A stretch of 55,177 nucleotides of DNA, from the IMG/VR virus record IMGVR_UViG_2541047719_000008. The stretch is one strand, 5' to 3'. Position 1 is the first letter of the stretch. Each line of letters opens with the position of its first letter. The stretch comes from a virus. Its lineage: Duplodnaviria > Heunggongvirae > Uroviricota > Caudoviricetes. Shown one piece after another: positions 10,196-22,014 of this stretch. The notes below the pieces were generated by a model, which was given only the letters and a program-made list of their open reading frames with translations, searched no databases and was not told the origin of the DNA. The position numbers and the translations under genes were made by a program.

Positions 10196-11023
10196 GTGGA
10201 GAAACCAATGAATCAGTTGCTTGTAATTGATGGCGTTTCTGTGCGCCAGTACTTCGAATCTAACTACTGTCTTAACGACCTTCAGAAAGCTGCTCTTCTT
10301 GCCGCTGGTGAGAATCGCTCCTCCCGTTCGCTGGAAGTTCACGAGTTTATGCGTCGTCCTGAAACGAAGGCTCTTGTGGAATTATTGGAAGAAGAAACTA
10401 CGGGAGATTCCCGTAGTATTCCTGTCATCACCATTCAGGGGCGCAATGGTGGGACGTATGTCTGTAAAGAGCTGGTCTATGCATATGCAATGTGGATCAG
10501 CCCGGCATTCAGCTTAAAAGTGATACGTACTTTTGATGCGCTTCATAATTCATCACCAGAAGAAACCACATCCGACAAAATTAAATCCGGGGTCATTCTG
10601 CTTGAATCAGCAGCAAAGACTCTAAATCTGTCAAACTCCTCGAAACTTGGTGCATACCAGAAATTATCAAAGGTAGCTGGTCTTCCTGAACTTATGCCGA
10701 TCTATGCCATTGATGCACCTGCTGATGCGCCAGATGGTTCAAGCCGCCCTACGCTGTCGCTGAGTGCACTGCTGAAGCAGTATGGTATCCGCCTGACGGC
10801 TAATCAGGCATATCACCAGATGGCGAAGCTGGGGATCGTTGAACAACGCGAACGATACAGTCGTACCGCGATTAACAACATCAAAAAATTCTGGTCGCTG
10901 ACCGCGAAAGGCTGCATGTTCGGCAAGAACATCACCAGTCCTGCAAATCCGCGCGAGACGCAGCCGCATTTCTTCGAATCCCGATTCCCTGAGCTGTTAA
11001 AGCTGCTCGATACCGTTCATTGA
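10196..11023 (+). CDS. KilA-N domain antirepressor-like protein
   Basis: N-terminal LVIDGVSVRQYFESNYCLNDLQKAA resembles KilA-N; typical nin-region gene. Confidence 0.45.
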   Translation: MEKPMNQLLVIDGVSVRQYFESNYCLNDLQKAALLAAGENRSSRSLEVHEFMRRPETKALVELLEEETTGDSRSIPVITIQGRNGGTYVCKELVYAYAMWISPAFSLKVIRTFDALHNSSPEETTSDKIKSGVILLESAAKTLNLSNSSKLGAYQKLSKVAGLPELMPIYAIDAPADAPDGSSRPTLSLSALLKQYGIRLTANQAYHQMAKLGIVEQRERYSRTAINNIKKFWSLTAKGCMFGKNITSPANPRETQPHFFESRFPELLKLLDTVH

Positions 11024-11024
11024 G

Positions 11025-12020
11025 GTGACCGTGAGAGCACTACTGACCCCTGAAATTGCCCCGCGTATGGGGATCGTATTGTTCAGACCAGGTTCAGAGC
11101 TGATGCCCTTGTTTATGCAGGGGCGTGTCCTGCTGGAGCCTGAGCCGGAACGTTATTCATCTTTCGCCAGTGGTGCCGTTCCGGCGGCATCACAACCGCT
11201 GGCGGATGATCCTGCCGTTCGGGCCGTGTTCCGCAATGAGGCAGTGATCCGTCGTGCTGGTGGCGTGGAATGTCTTGAAAGCTGGTTACTTCGTGAAAAA
11301 GGCTGCCAGTGGCCTCATTCCGACTGGCACAGCGAGAATATGACAACAATGCGACACGCTCCGGGCGCAATCCGTCTGTGCTGGCACTGCGATAACCAGC
11401 TGCGCGATCAGTTCACGGAACGGCTGGAATCAATGGCAACGGATAACTGTGCCCGCTGGGTGTTGTCTGTTGTGCGTCGGGATCTCGGTTTTGATGACAG
11501 TCATGTTGTGACAATGCAGGAACTGTGCTGGTGGCTGATTCGTAATGATCTGGCGGATGCCTTACCGGAAAGTGCAGCCCGTAAGGCACTGAGATTACCG
11601 AAGCCTGTTGTGCCGTCTGTTACCCGGGAAAGTGACCTTGTGCCTTCGGTTCCTGCCACCAGCATCATCCAGGATAAGGCGAAAAAGGTGCTGGCGCTGA
11701 AAGTGGATCCGGAGTCGCCGGAGTCTTTTATGTTACGCCCAAAACGTCACCGCTGGGTTAATGAAAAGTACACGCGCTGGGTTAAGACGCAGCCGTGCGC
11801 ATGTTGTGGAAAACCTGCTGATGATCCCCACCACCTGATAGGCCACGGTCAGGGGGGAATGGGTACAAAAGCGCATGACCTTTTTGTGTTGCCTTTGTGC
11901 AGAAAGCATCACGACGAGCTGCATGCGGATACCGTGGCATTTGAAGAGAAGTATGGCTCCCAGCTGGAGCTGATATTTCGTTTTATCGATCGTGCGCTGG
12001 CAATAGGCGTACTGGCGTAA
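11025..12020 (+). CDS. DUF968 (YdfU-like) protein with HNH-like Cys/His cluster
   Basis: C-terminal CACCGKP..DPHHL...H...C.KHH arrangement; sits immediately upstream of Q as in Qin-type prophages. Confidence 0.55.
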   Translation: MTVRALLTPEIAPRMGIVLFRPGSELMPLFMQGRVLLEPEPERYSSFASGAVPAASQPLADDPAVRAVFRNEAVIRRAGGVECLESWLLREKGCQWPHSDWHSENMTTMRHAPGAIRLCWHCDNQLRDQFTERLESMATDNCARWVLSVVRRDLGFDDSHVVTMQELCWWLIRNDLADALPESAARKALRLPKPVVPSVTRESDLVPSVPATSIIQDKAKKVLALKVDPESPESFMLRPKRHRWVNEKYTRWVKTQPCACCGKPADDPHHLIGHGQGGMGTKAHDLFVLPLCRKHHDELHADTVAFEEKYGSQLELIFRFIDRALAIGVLA

Positions 12021-12033
12021 GTGGAGAACGAGC

Positions 12034-12786
12034 ATGAACCTTGAAGCCTTACCAAAATATTACTCCCCAAAATCTCCAAAATTGAGTGATGACGCACCGG
12101 CGACAGGCTCTGGTGGTTTAACGATTACGGATGTGATGGCTGCGCAGGGGATGGTGCAATCGAAAGCACCGCTTGGGTTTGCCTTATTCCTGGCAAAAGT
12201 TGGTGTTCAGGATCCTCAGTTTGCGATTGAAGGTCTGCTCAATTACGCGATGGCACTGGATAACCCGACATTGAATAAATTGAGTGAAGAAACCCGGCTA
12301 CAGATTATTCCTTACCTTGTGAATTTTGCCTTTGCTGATTATTCCAGGTCTGCGGCAAGTAAGGCTCGTTGTGAGCATTGTGCTGGTACTGGATTTCATA
12401 ATGTATTGCGCGAAGTGGTGAAACACTCCAGAAGCGGGGAATCTGTTATCAAAGAAGAGTGGGTGAAGGAACTATGTCAGCATTGCCATGGTAAGGGAGA
12501 AGTCAGCACAGCGTGCAGAGGGTGTAAGGGTAAAGGTATTGTCCTGGATGAAAAAAGGACCCGGCTTCATGGCACACCTGTTTATAAGATTTGTGGGCGT
12601 TGCAATGGAAAACGGTTTAGTCGTTTACCAACCACACTGGCGCGGCATCATGTCCAGAAGCTGGTACCGGACCTGAGTGATTATCAGTGGTATAAAGGAT
12701 ATGCAAATGTCATTGATAAACTGGTTACAAAGTGCTGGCAGGAGGAATCTTACGCTGAAGCACAATTGAGAAAGGTGACGAGATAA
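12034..12786 (+). CDS. Late-gene antitermination protein Q (Qin/phage-21 type)
   Basis: 250 aa with Cys-rich zinc-binding region (CEHCAGTG ... CQHCHGKG ... CRGCKGKG ... CGRCNG); located before the lysis module. Confidence 0.75.
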   Translation: MNLEALPKYYSPKSPKLSDDAPATGSGGLTITDVMAAQGMVQSKAPLGFALFLAKVGVQDPQFAIEGLLNYAMALDNPTLNKLSEETRLQIIPYLVNFAFADYSRSAASKARCEHCAGTGFHNVLREVVKHSRSGESVIKEEWVKELCQHCHGKGEVSTACRGCKGKGIVLDEKRTRLHGTPVYKICGRCNGKRFSRLPTTLARHHVQKLVPDLSDYQWYKGYANVIDKLVTKCWQEESYAEAQLRKVTR

Positions 12787-12893
12787 GTGATTTTCGCCGA
12801 AGATGGCGACGTGATGCTTGCATTTTTCAAAAAATATGGATAAAATTTTTTCAACGATGGGCTTTGTATACCCGAAGTTAAGAAAAAGTAGAA

Positions 12894-12920
12894 AACCCGC
12901 TGATGAGCGGGTTTTTGTGC
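12894..12920 (+). terminator. Rho-independent terminator downstream of Q (tR'-like position)
   Basis: Hairpin AACCCGC-TGATGA-GCGGGTT followed by T-rich tract. Confidence 0.55.
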
Positions 12921-13208
12921 TTTAAATAGGGTAATAGAGATGTTGAATCTCATTACGGGATTCATGTTAGTTTACTTATTATTTATCGGGTGACTTTGTT
13001 TTTTGCCTGATGTTTAAAATGTTTTCTTCCAGTACAATGTCCATAGATACAATGAGTTTGCTTATTACATTATTAGCAGAGCTATTAAGGTCAAAGTACA
13101 GCATAAGCTTTTAAAGCCAATCAACCAGTCATCAAGACAGACGGGTTTATTCATGAAAACTCTCCATGTTTGATTCGATGGGGCTTGAAGTTAAAGCTTT
13201 AATATAGC

Positions 13209-13421
13209 TCATGAAAGGTAAACATTGGCAGCTGATGGTCCACGCAGGCCATTTATCCGGCAAAATTCCACGCGTAATCCGGTGGTAATTTCTTCTGCAT
13301 CGCGGAGATTGAGCGCTGAAACATGAAGCTGGACATCGATACGACCATTGGATGGGGTTATAAGACCTTTGCCGCTTTTGCCGTCAAAGGTTTTGAGAAT
13401 TCCTGTCATTTTACGGGACAA
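13209..13421 (-). CDS. cspF: Cold-shock-domain protein, CspF/CspH family
   Basis: 70 aa [36 protein letters not shown]...; CSD fold with the divergent RNP motifs typical of CspF/CspH. Confidence 0.75.
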   Translation of the reverse strand: MSRKMTGILKTFDGKSGKGLITPSNGRIDVQLHVSALNLRDAEEITTGLRVEFCRINGLRGPSAANVYLS

Positions 13422-13720
13422 AAAATTCCTTAATACTGATAACTTGGCGCACTATACACACGTTCCTGAAGAAAGCTATAGTTTTTTGATGGGGTTGAAG
13501 ATGGCTGGATGTCTAAAATAAACATTGCTTCATATGTTCAACTATGCGTTAATGATTGCGTCGGTTTGAAGAACAGACGATATACGAAGTAGTTTACTAA
13601 AGCAGTTCTCATTTCAGGTGTTATTCACTTATTCCTTCTTTGAGTCTCTCCAATTAAGTACGAAGTCGTTTCTGTTATACAAGCCATTTATGCCGAAAGG
13701 CTCAAGTTAAGGAATGTAGA

Positions 13721-13936
13721 ATGTCAAATAAAATGACTGGTTTAGTAAAATGGTTTAACGCTGATAAAGGTTTTGGCTTTATTTCTCCTGTTGATGGTAG
13801 TAAAGATGTGTTTGTGCATTTTTCTGCGATTCAGAATGATAATTATCGAACCTTATTTGAAGGTCAAAAGGTTACCTTCTCTGTAGAGAGTGGTGCTAAA
13901 GGTCCTGCAGCAGCAAATGTCATAATTACTGATTAA
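13721..13936 (+). CDS. cspB: Cold shock protein CspB-like
   Basis: 71 aa [38 protein letters not shown]...; canonical RNP1/RNP2 motifs; long AT-rich leader upstream. Confidence 0.8.
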   Translation: MSNKMTGLVKWFNADKGFGFISPVDGSKDVFVHFSAIQNDNYRTLFEGQKVTFSVESGAKGPAAANVIITD

Positions 13937-14217
13937 AATTCATAGTTTGTCTGTATACGATAACGAAGAAGGCTGATGCCTGAGTGGAGATACAGACAGA
14001 GTGGTGAATATTGGATCTCTTTAATAAATAGTAAGGAGGTCCAATACATGAAACAATGGCCAGCATATTTGGCAATAACTTAATCAGGAAAAGTATGCTA
14101 ACCATTGTGGTGAAGTGCAGGTTTGCTGCATGAATAGTTTTACAGCAGAAGCTAACTGCTGGCATAGCAAAACAAAGTGCGTAAGTGGATGACTCCCACA
14201 AAAAGTACCACAATATT

Positions 14218-14243
14218 AAACCCGCTCAGGCGGGTTTTTTATT
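14218..14243. terminator. Hairpin terminator, possibly bidirectional
   Basis: AAACCCGC-TCAG-GCGGGTTTTTT; A-run before and T-run after the stem, so usable on either strand. Confidence 0.5.
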
Positions 14244-14299
14244 ATCTGCTTTAAATATGTTATTAAAATATAAAAAATACTTGTTACGAATAAAATCAA

Positions 14300-14521
14300 T
14301 CAAGCTACAGCTTTAAGATTTGTCTGGAATACTTTGTTGCAATGAGGGCAGATCAAAAGGGCACCTTTTTGTATTCTTGAAAAACTGTGTTCTGACTCTT
14401 GGGTGCAGTTTGGGCAGGAACATTTAACGAGATAATTACGGCGTGATTTTGAGTCTTTACGTTCTGACATAGGCTTTTCCTGTATAAATGGCCGTATACA
14501 GTACACTAAATATGAAAACAT
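14300..14521 (-). CDS. Small zinc-ribbon protein (YdfK/YnaE-like)
   Basis: Two CxxC pairs (CPNC ... CPHC); small moron between the csp genes and the holin. Confidence 0.4.
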   Translation of the reverse strand: MFSYLVYCIRPFIQEKPMSERKDSKSRRNYLVKCSCPNCTQESEHSFSRIQKGALLICPHCNKVFQTNLKAVA

Positions 14522-14688
14522 ATCTCGTATTATTATTTAACATATGATTTTCTTTTAAAATAATTACCCACATTTTTAATGTGTCTGTTTTTTAGCGCCG
14601 TTGAGAACAACGTTTGCTATAAAAACTACCCCATAGACTCCGATCTTTTCAAACATATTGCACCATCTGTGTACATCGGGGTGAGGAT

Positions 14689-14904
14689 ATGAAATCAATG
14701 GATAAGTTAACAACAGGTATCGCCTATGGCACATCGGCTGGTAATGCTGGTTTCTGGGCATTGCAGTTACTCGATAAAGTAACTCCGTCACAGTGGGCTG
14801 CAATCGGTGTGCTGGGTAGTCTGGTATTTGGCTTGCTGACGTACCTGACAAACCTTTATTTCAAGATTAAAGAAGACAAGCGTAAGGTTGCACGGGGAGA
14901 GTAA
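14689..14904 (+). CDS. Class II holin/pinholin (phage-21 S-like)
   Basis: 71 aa [26 protein letters not shown]... with two transmembrane segments and a charged C-terminus; near-identical to S21/EssQ-type holins. Confidence 0.8.
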   Translation: MKSMDKLTTGIAYGTSAGNAGFWALQLLDKVTPSQWAAIGVLGSLVFGLLTYLTNLYFKIKEDKRKVARGE

Positions 14905-15460
14905 TTCAATGACACAAAACTATGAACTGATTGTGAAAGGGATCCGCAATTTTGAGAATAAAGTTGCGGTAACTGTAGCATTAAGGGACAAAAAACGCTT
15001 TGACGGTGAAATTTTTGACCTGGACATCTCGCTGGACCGTGTTGAAGGTGCCGCGCTGGAGTTTTATGAGGCAGCAGCCAGAAGGAGCATCAGACAGGTC
15101 TTCCTGGAAGTTGCAGCCGGGTTATGTGAAGGGGATGAGCAGTCGCCGGAAAAGCGCCCCATAATTTTAGAGGCGCAGAATGTGTGGATAACCTACAAAG
15201 GAAAGCTACCGGGAAGAATTACTGGTTCTCTGAAGACGCCACCGACGGCATTGCGGTCAGAAAAAGATGATATTGAATCGCCCATTGAAAAACTGGAGGG
15301 CAGCGTCGCTGATCTGAATAAAAAATTGTCGGTGCTGATTCCTTCTGAAGATGAAAAAAAACGCCGCGATGAGCAGTTTGCGGCGTTTTACGATTATTGC
15401 ATTGAAGTTACTCGCAGGAATTTTGTGAAGATTTTTGAGGAGGGTAAATCTCTTCAGTAA
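14888..15460 (+). CDS. Hypothetical protein inserted between holin and endolysin
   Basis: 190-aa ORF with no recognised motif; overlaps the holin stop; occupies the position of a lysis-cassette moron. Confidence 0.4.
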   Translation: MHGESNSMTQNYELIVKGIRNFENKVAVTVALRDKKRFDGEIFDLDISLDRVEGAALEFYEAAARRSIRQVFLEVAAGLCEGDEQSPEKRPIILEAQNVWITYKGKLPGRITGSLKTPPTALRSEKDDIESPIEKLEGSVADLNKKLSVLIPSEDEKKRRDEQFAAFYDYCIEVTRRNFVKIFEEGKSLQ

Positions 15461-15674
15461 GCTTAATGGCGGACGCTGCAATTAATTCAGGAAGGTCCGC
15501 AAGGTCATCTGTCAGTGGATATGATGAAAAATCGGCGGCAGTTCTGTTAAGAAGCGCTTTAACTAATTCCTTTTCCTTCTCCGGCAACAAGTTGATTAGG
15601 GCTACGACTGCTTGCCTGAGTGCGATTAAATCAGCAAAAGTTTGTTTTGGTAGATTTGTGTAATCCATAGTCAC
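15408..15674 (-). CDS. Hypothetical small protein (convergent, overlapping the previous ORF)
   Basis: 88-aa ORF on the opposite strand overlapping the 3' end of 14888-15460; could be spurious. Confidence 0.25.
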   Translation of the reverse strand: MTMDYTNLPKQTFADLIALRQAVVALINLLPEKEKELVKALLNRTAADFSSYPLTDDLADLPELIAASAIKLTEEIYPPQKSSQNSCE

Positions 15675-15781
15675 CTCTGTGTTTATCAGATTGACATCCT
15701 CCTCCCGCCAGTGCCCATCACTGGTGAGGTAAGATTTAACATATCCAGGGATTTGAAGCCGATAAATCCTGATAAATATCC

Positions 15782-16809
<1,028 letters not shown>

Positions 16810-17172
16810 ATTAATATTAAATCGGATTATTTTTAGCGCTGAATGTGAAATTTAAATAAAAAGGACTCTTCCATGAGTCAAAATCCTTGAAATCTTAAGG
16901 GTAAGATAAAAGGTCATTAGACAGAATGACACGTTTTATTAATAAATAAAGCTATTGTTTCATTCGTGTGTTTTTCTTTACAAAAGTAATCCTTGCTATG
17001 GTTGGTTAATCATGCGTTAATGGTGTTCTGGTTTGTTACAAAATTATCTGAAGCAGTCATTGTTATAAATTTATTATTTGTACCTCTTGAGATTTCCTTG
17101 TTGGTTTTTCTCTCTGATATTTTTTTTCGGACCATTCTGCCCAAGGGCTAACTTCTTCAAAAGGTAATAATG

Positions 17173-17385
17173 ATGTCTAACAAAATGACTGGTTTAGTGA
17201 AATGGTTTAACCCTGAAAAAGGTTTTGGTTTCATCACGCCGAAAGATGGTAGCAAAGATGTGTTTGTCCATTTCTCAGCTATTCAGAGCAACGATTTCAA
17301 AACGTTAACTGAGAATCAGGAAGTCGAATTTGGTATTGAGAACGGACCTAAAGGCCCCGCGGCTGTTCATGTAGTGGCACTTTGA
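17173..17385 (+). CDS. cspI: Cold shock protein CspI-like
   Basis: [45 protein letters not shown]...; near-identical to CspI by eye. Confidence 0.85.
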   Translation: MSNKMTGLVKWFNPEKGFGFITPKDGSKDVFVHFSAIQSNDFKTLTENQEVEFGIENGPKGPAAVHVVAL

Positions 17386-17590
17386 GGTAGAAAATATTAC
17401 AAACCATATTCACTTTAGATGCCCGTGTTGCCATGGTTCTCAGTATAGAACATCATCTTTTGATGTTTCTGACAGGAATCCTTTCGGGGCAAAATGTATC
17501 TTTTGTAAATCAATGATGATTACATTTGATAATATTTCACAATACTTAAATGTTAGCCGTCTGTCGTTAGATTTAAGAAAGTGAAAATGA

Positions 17591-17612
17591 AGGCTCCTTC
17601 GGGAGCTTTTTT
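17591..17612 (+). terminator. Rho-independent terminator
   Basis: GGCTCC-TTCG-GGAGCT followed by TTTTTTGC. Confidence 0.5.
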
Positions 17613-17617
17613 GCTTA

Positions 17618-17887
17618 GTGTCTAGTCGATGGATACTCACATATTACGGTAACATTATGAAAAAAATAATAGTTTTTTTTAACTCTGAACCAGCAATGGT
17701 AGTGCCAGTGATGACCGGAGTTAACACCATCATGCGTGAATATCCAAATGGCGAAACAACACACCTCACTGTAATGGCTGCAGGGTTTCCATCTCTGACC
17801 GGAGATCATAAAGTCATTTATGTAGCAGCGGATCGACATGTAACTTCAGAAGAAATTCTGGAAGCAGCAATGAGACTCTTGAATTGA
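17618..17887 (+). CDS. Hypothetical small protein
   Basis: ORF with likely internal start MKKIIVFF; position corresponds to small morons next to cspI in Qin-type prophages. Confidence 0.35.
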   Translation: MSSRWILTYYGNIMKKIIVFFNSEPAMVVPVMTGVNTIMREYPNGETTHLTVMAAGFPSLTGDHKVIYVAADRHVTSEEILEAAMRLLN

Positions 17888-18057
17888 TTTGATTCTAATG
17901 CATTGATAATAAATGATAATCATCTTTATCTGTTTGTGTGAAATTTAGACCGTCGTATGTTGATTATTGCGATGTTTCATCTTATCTTTTATACGTTTGC
18001 TCCATATAATTGACACTACTGTGTACCAGGAAAGTCATAACAGACTAAAAGAGGAAA

Positions 18058-18233
18058 TGATGAACATTGAAGAGTTAAAAACAAAAACAGAAGCAGATAT
18101 TTCTGAATATATAACAAAAAAAATCATTGAGCTTAAGAAAAAGACCGGGAAAGAAGTTACCAGTATCCAGTTTACTGCACGGGAAAAAATGACTGGTCTT
18201 GAAAGCTATGATATCAAGATTGATTTAATCTAG
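18058..18233 (+). CDS. gnsB: GnsA/GnsB-family protein
   Basis: MMNIEELKTKTEADISEYITKKIIELKKKTGKEVTSIQFTAREKMTGLESYDIKI matches the GnsB family. Confidence 0.7.
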
Positions 18234-18528
18234 TATGTTTATAGTATTAGCATCAATTTCTCATCAGATGCTATTCAACAATACAAATTACCCATAAACC
18301 TCGTTTTTACGGGGTTTTGTTATATTTAAACATTACCGAATAGATATAAATCTCGATTGTCGATGGTATTGGTTGTGTGACAATACCTAGTCTTTCCGGT
18401 ATGCCTGAAGAGAATACAAATGACAGATTATGTAAGGGAAACGCGCTGAAACTTTCACTCTTTCATGCTGAGTGATTTGACGTTATATTTTTAGCCGCAA
18501 GTGAAGAGCAAACGCATGGAGCGACAAA

Positions 18529-18735
18529 ATGCATAAAGATCAATACACTGATGCCCCCTCCCAGGAGCAGGTTCGTGTAAAAACTATGCTTAATAGCACC
18601 ATTTCGATGGGTTACCCGGATGTTGTAATTGCATGTATAGAACATCAAGTGTCTCTGGAAGCATTCAGGGCAATTGAGGCAGCGTTGGTGAAGCACGATA
18701 AGAATTCGAAGGATTATTCCTTGGTGGTTGACTGA
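18529..18735 (+). CDS. Hypothetical small protein
   Basis: 68-aa ORF, no motif recognised. Confidence 0.3.
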   Translation: MHKDQYTDAPSQEQVRVKTMLNSTISMGYPDVVIACIEHQVSLEAFRAIEAALVKHDKNSKDYSLVVD

Positions 18736-18985
18736 TCACCATAACTGCTAACCATTCAAACTATTTCACCTGTGACAGAGTCAATATCGCATTCTGTCAC
18801 TGTCAGGCTAATACAGAACTACAATTCAACTACTGCAATGCCTCGTAATTAGGTGAATTTACAATATCGTCCTGTTCGGATGCCAACTGCATTTCTGAGG
18901 ATAAGGCGTTTATGACTCACATATTTGTCCCACACGCTCGCCAGTCCTGTGCGGGGTGGGAGGGGAGGTAAAGAAACCGGGATAT

Positions 18986-19180
18986 TCATTCTTCATCACT
19001 TTTGATTGATGTATATGCTCTCTTTTCTGACGTTAGTCTCCGACGGCAGGCTTCAATGACCCAGGCTGAGAAATTCCCGGACCCTTTTTGATCAAGAGCG
19101 ATGTTAATTTGTTCAATCATTTGGTTAGGAAAGCGGATGTTGCGGGTTGTTGTTCTGCGGGTTCTGTTCTTCGTTGACAT
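18986..19180 (-). CDS. YlcI/YnfO-family (DUF3950) protein
   Basis: MSTKNRTRRTTTRNIRFPNQMIEQINIALDQKGSGNFSAWVIEACRRRL matches the YlcI/YnfO family; start trimmed to the internal Met. Confidence 0.6.
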   Translation of the reverse strand: MSTKNRTRRTTTRNIRFPNQMIEQINIALDQKGSGNFSAWVIEACRRRLTSEKRAYTSIKSDEE

Positions 19181-19349
19181 GAGGTTGTCCCGTATTCTGT
19201 GTTGCTGATTTGTATTGTCTGAAGTTGTTTTTACGTTAAGTTGATGCGGATCAATTAATACGATACCTGCGTCATAATTGATTATTTGACGTGGTTTGAT
19301 GGCGTACACGCACGTTGTGATATGTAGATGATAATTATTATCATTTTTC

Positions 19350-19416
19350 GGGTCCTTTCCGGCGATCCGACAGGTTACGGGGCGGCGACCTCGCGGTTTT
19401 TCGCTATTTATGAGAT
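19350..19416. other. Prophage cos site (cosQ-cosN-cosB), cosN = GGGCGGCGACCT
   Basis: GGGTCCTTTCCGGCGATCCGACAGGTTACG + GGGCGGCGACCT + CGCGGTTTTTCGCTATTTATGAG is the lambda cos sequence almost base for base, just upstream of Nu1. Confidence 0.85.
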
Positions 19417-19607
19417 TTTTTGAGGGGGTGGTTGTTGTTTAATTGTTTGGTATATCTAATTGATAAGTAAGGTGAAAATAAAATAAATACAACAACCTTA
19501 CGATGTGCTTTGATGTCATTAATGTGAAAAAATTAAATGATATCAAATGGTTTTGTAAAAACACATGGTTGTTGTATCGCTTTTTATCGATGACTTATGG
19601 AGAGGAG

Positions 19608-20114
19608 ATGGCCTTTTTATTGAATAAAAGTGATATGGCCTCCTCCATCGGTATCTCTGTTCAGGCATTTGATAAATGGGGCGTTCCTCCTGTCGAGCGT
19701 CGGGGGAGGGAAGTTTTTTATGACGTTAAAACTGTACTGGAGATAGATCGCGAGCGGCGACAACACAATCATAGAACACCTGATGACGGGGGCGATCTGG
19801 AGGAAAGGCTGCTTCGGGCCAGAGCTGAACTGACAGAAGAACAGGCCGTAGCTCAAAAACTTAAAAATCAGGTAACCGAAGGTAAGCTCATCGATTCAGA
19901 CTTCTGCGTTTTCGCCCTCAGCAAGCTGGCGATGGCATTGTCCAGTACGCTTGATTCTATTCCGTTATCCATGCAGCGACAGTTCCCGGATTTAACGCCA
20001 CGTCATCTTGACCATCTGAAAACCCTTATTGCGAAGGGCGCAAATCAGTGTGCGCGGGCAGGGGATAAATTACCGGATTTGCTGGATGAATATATCAGAG
20101 CAACAACTGAATAA
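19608..20114 (+). CDS. nu1: Terminase small subunit Nu1
   Basis: N-terminal winged HTH plus LSKLAMALSSTLDSIPLSMQRQFPDL; clear lambda Nu1 homolog; start chosen at MAFLLNK with GGAGAGGAG RBS. Confidence 0.85.
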   Translation: MAFLLNKSDMASSIGISVQAFDKWGVPPVERRGREVFYDVKTVLEIDRERRQHNHRTPDDGGDLEERLLRARAELTEEQAVAQKLKNQVTEGKLIDSDFCVFALSKLAMALSSTLDSIPLSMQRQFPDLTPRHLDHLKTLIAKGANQCARAGDKLPDLLDEYIRATTE

Positions 20115-22014
20115 TCTGATGGCTGCCGTTTCGGTTGCGCTGCAGCCTCTGGTCAGGGTTGTACCGATGACGGCAGTTGAATGGGCTGACCAGTATTATT
20201 ATCTGCCGAAAGAATCCTCATACGGTGACGGCGAATGGAAAACGCTGCCGTTCCAGATCGCCATCATGAACAGTATGGGGAATGATCAGGTCCGCACTGT
20301 TAATCTGATTAAATCTGCCCGTGTTGGCTATACAAAGATGTTGCTGGGGGTGGTCGGGTATTTTATTGAGCATAAATCCCGAAACAGTCTGCTTTTTCAG
20401 CCCACGGATTCTGCCGCTGAAGATTTTATGAAGTCTCACGTGGAGACGACGATTAGGGACGTGCCATGCCTGAAAGACCTTTCCCCATGGCTGGGTCGTA
20501 AACATCGTGATAATACCCTCACGCTGAAACGCTTTTCATCGGGCGTCGGTTTCTGGTGCCTGGGCGGCGCTGCCGCCAAAAACTACCGTGAAAAATCCGT
20601 GGATGTGGTCTGCTATGACGAACTTTCCTCGTTCGAACCGGATGTTGAAAAAGAGGGTTCGCCAACCCTGCTGGGGGATAAACGTATTGAGGGCTCTGTA
20701 TGGCCAAAATCCATTCGCGGCTCGACGCCTAAAATCAAAGGCTCCTGCCAGATCGAAAAAGCCGCTAACGAGTCGGCACATTTCATGCGTTTTTATGTGC
20801 CCTGCCCGCACTGTGGGGAGGCGCAGTATCTGAAATTTGGCGATGAATCCACGCCTTTTGGCCTTAAATGGGAGAAGGACAGCCCCGAAAGCGTTTTCTA
20901 CCTCTGTGAACATCATGGCTGCGTGATCCATCAGTCTGAGCTTGACCAGAGCAACGGGCGGTGGATCTGTGAAAACACGGGCATGTGGACCCGTGACGGC
21001 CTGATGTTTTTCAGCGCCCGGGGTGATGAAATTCCGCCGCCGCGCTCCATCACTTTCCATATCTGGACGGCGTACAGTCCGTTCACCACCTGGGTACAGA
21101 TAGTCTATGACTGGCTGGATGCACTGAAAGATCCCAACGGCCTGAAAACCTTTGTGAACACCACGCTGGGCGAGACCTACGAAGAGGCCGTGGGCGAAAA
21201 ACTCGATCACCAGGTACTGATTGATAAGGTCGTGCATTACACGGCGGCGGTGCCAGCCCGGGTGGTTTATCTGACGGCGGGCATTGACTCGCAGCGAAAC
21301 CGTTTTGAGATGTATGTCTGGGGATGGGCTCCGGGAGAGGAAGCCTTTCTGGTGGATAAAATCATCATTATGGGACGTCCCGATGAGGAAGAGACGCTGT
21401 TACGTGTGGATGCGGCGATCAACAAAAAATACCGCCATGCAGACGGAACCGAAATGACCATTTCCCGTGTCTGCTGGGACATCGGGGGTATCGATGGCGA
21501 AATCGTTTATCAGAGGTCAAAAAAACACGGTGTTTTCCGGGTGCTGCCGGTAAAAGGCGCATCTGTCTATGGCAAGCCGGTGATCACCATGCCAAAAACC
21601 CGCAATCAGCGGGGCGTGTATCTGTGTGAAGTGGGGACAGACACCGCAAAAGAAATTCTCTATGCCCGTATGAAAGCCGAGCCCACGCCTGCGGATGAAT
21701 CCACGTCGTATGCCATCCGTTTTCCTGATGATCCGGAGATTTTTTCGCAGACAGAGGCGCAGCAACTGGTCGCGGAAGAGCTTGTGGAGAAGTGGGAAAA
21801 AGGAAAGATGCGTCTGCTGTGGGATAACAAAAAGCGGCGTAACGAAGCGCTGGACTGCTTGGTGTATGCCTACGCGGCATTACGTGTGTCCGTGCAACGC
21901 TGGCAGCTTGATCTGGCTGTACTGGCAAAATCCCGGGAAGAAGAGACGACCCGGCCAACCCTTAAAGAACTGGCAGCGAAGCTGTCCGGAGGAGTGAATG
22001 GTTACAGTCGCTGA
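20086..22014 (+). CDS. A: Terminase large subunit A
   Basis: MNISEQQ ... TAVEWADQYYYLPKESSYGDGEWKTLPFQ ... KRIEGSVWPKSIRGSTPK; lambda gpA homolog along its whole length; overlaps the Nu1 3' end as in lambda. Confidence 0.9.
   Translation: MNISEQQLNNLMAAVSVALQPLVRVVPMTAVEWADQYYYLPKESSYGDGEWKTLPFQIAIMNSMGNDQVRTVNLIKSARVGYTKMLLGVVGYFIEHKSRNSLLFQPTDSAAEDFMKSHVETTIRDVPCLKDLSPWLGRKHRDNTLTLKRFSSGVGFWCLGGAAAKNYREKSVDVVCYDELSSFEPDVEKEGSPTLLGDKRIEGSVWPKSIRGSTPKIKGSCQIEKAANESAHFMRFYVPCPHCGEAQYLKFGDESTPFGLKWEKDSPESVFYLCEHHGCVIHQSELDQSNGRWICENTGMWTRDGLMFFSARGDEIPPPRSITFHIWTAYSPFTTWVQIVYDWLDALKDPNGLKTFVNTTLGETYEEAVGEKLDHQVLIDKVVHYTAAVPARVVYLTAGIDSQRNRFEMYVWGWAPGEEAFLVDKIIIMGRPDEEETLLRVDAAINKKYRHADGTEMTISRVCWDIGGIDGEIVYQRSKKHGVFRVLPVKGASVYGKPVITMPKTRNQRGVYLCEVGTDTAKEILYARMKAEPTPADESTSYAIRFPDDPEIFSQTEAQQLVAEELVEKWEKGKMRLLWDNKKRRNEALDCLVYAYAALRVSVQRWQLDLAVLAKSREEETTRPTLKELAAKLSGGVNGYSR

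Noticed and set aside
20536-21237. 233-aa minus-strand ORF inside terminase gene A, and similar antisense ORFs inside B (22681-23187) and C (23798-24373)
   Set aside because: Each is antisense to a well-supported lambda morphogenesis gene and lacks a plausible RBS; considered artefacts.
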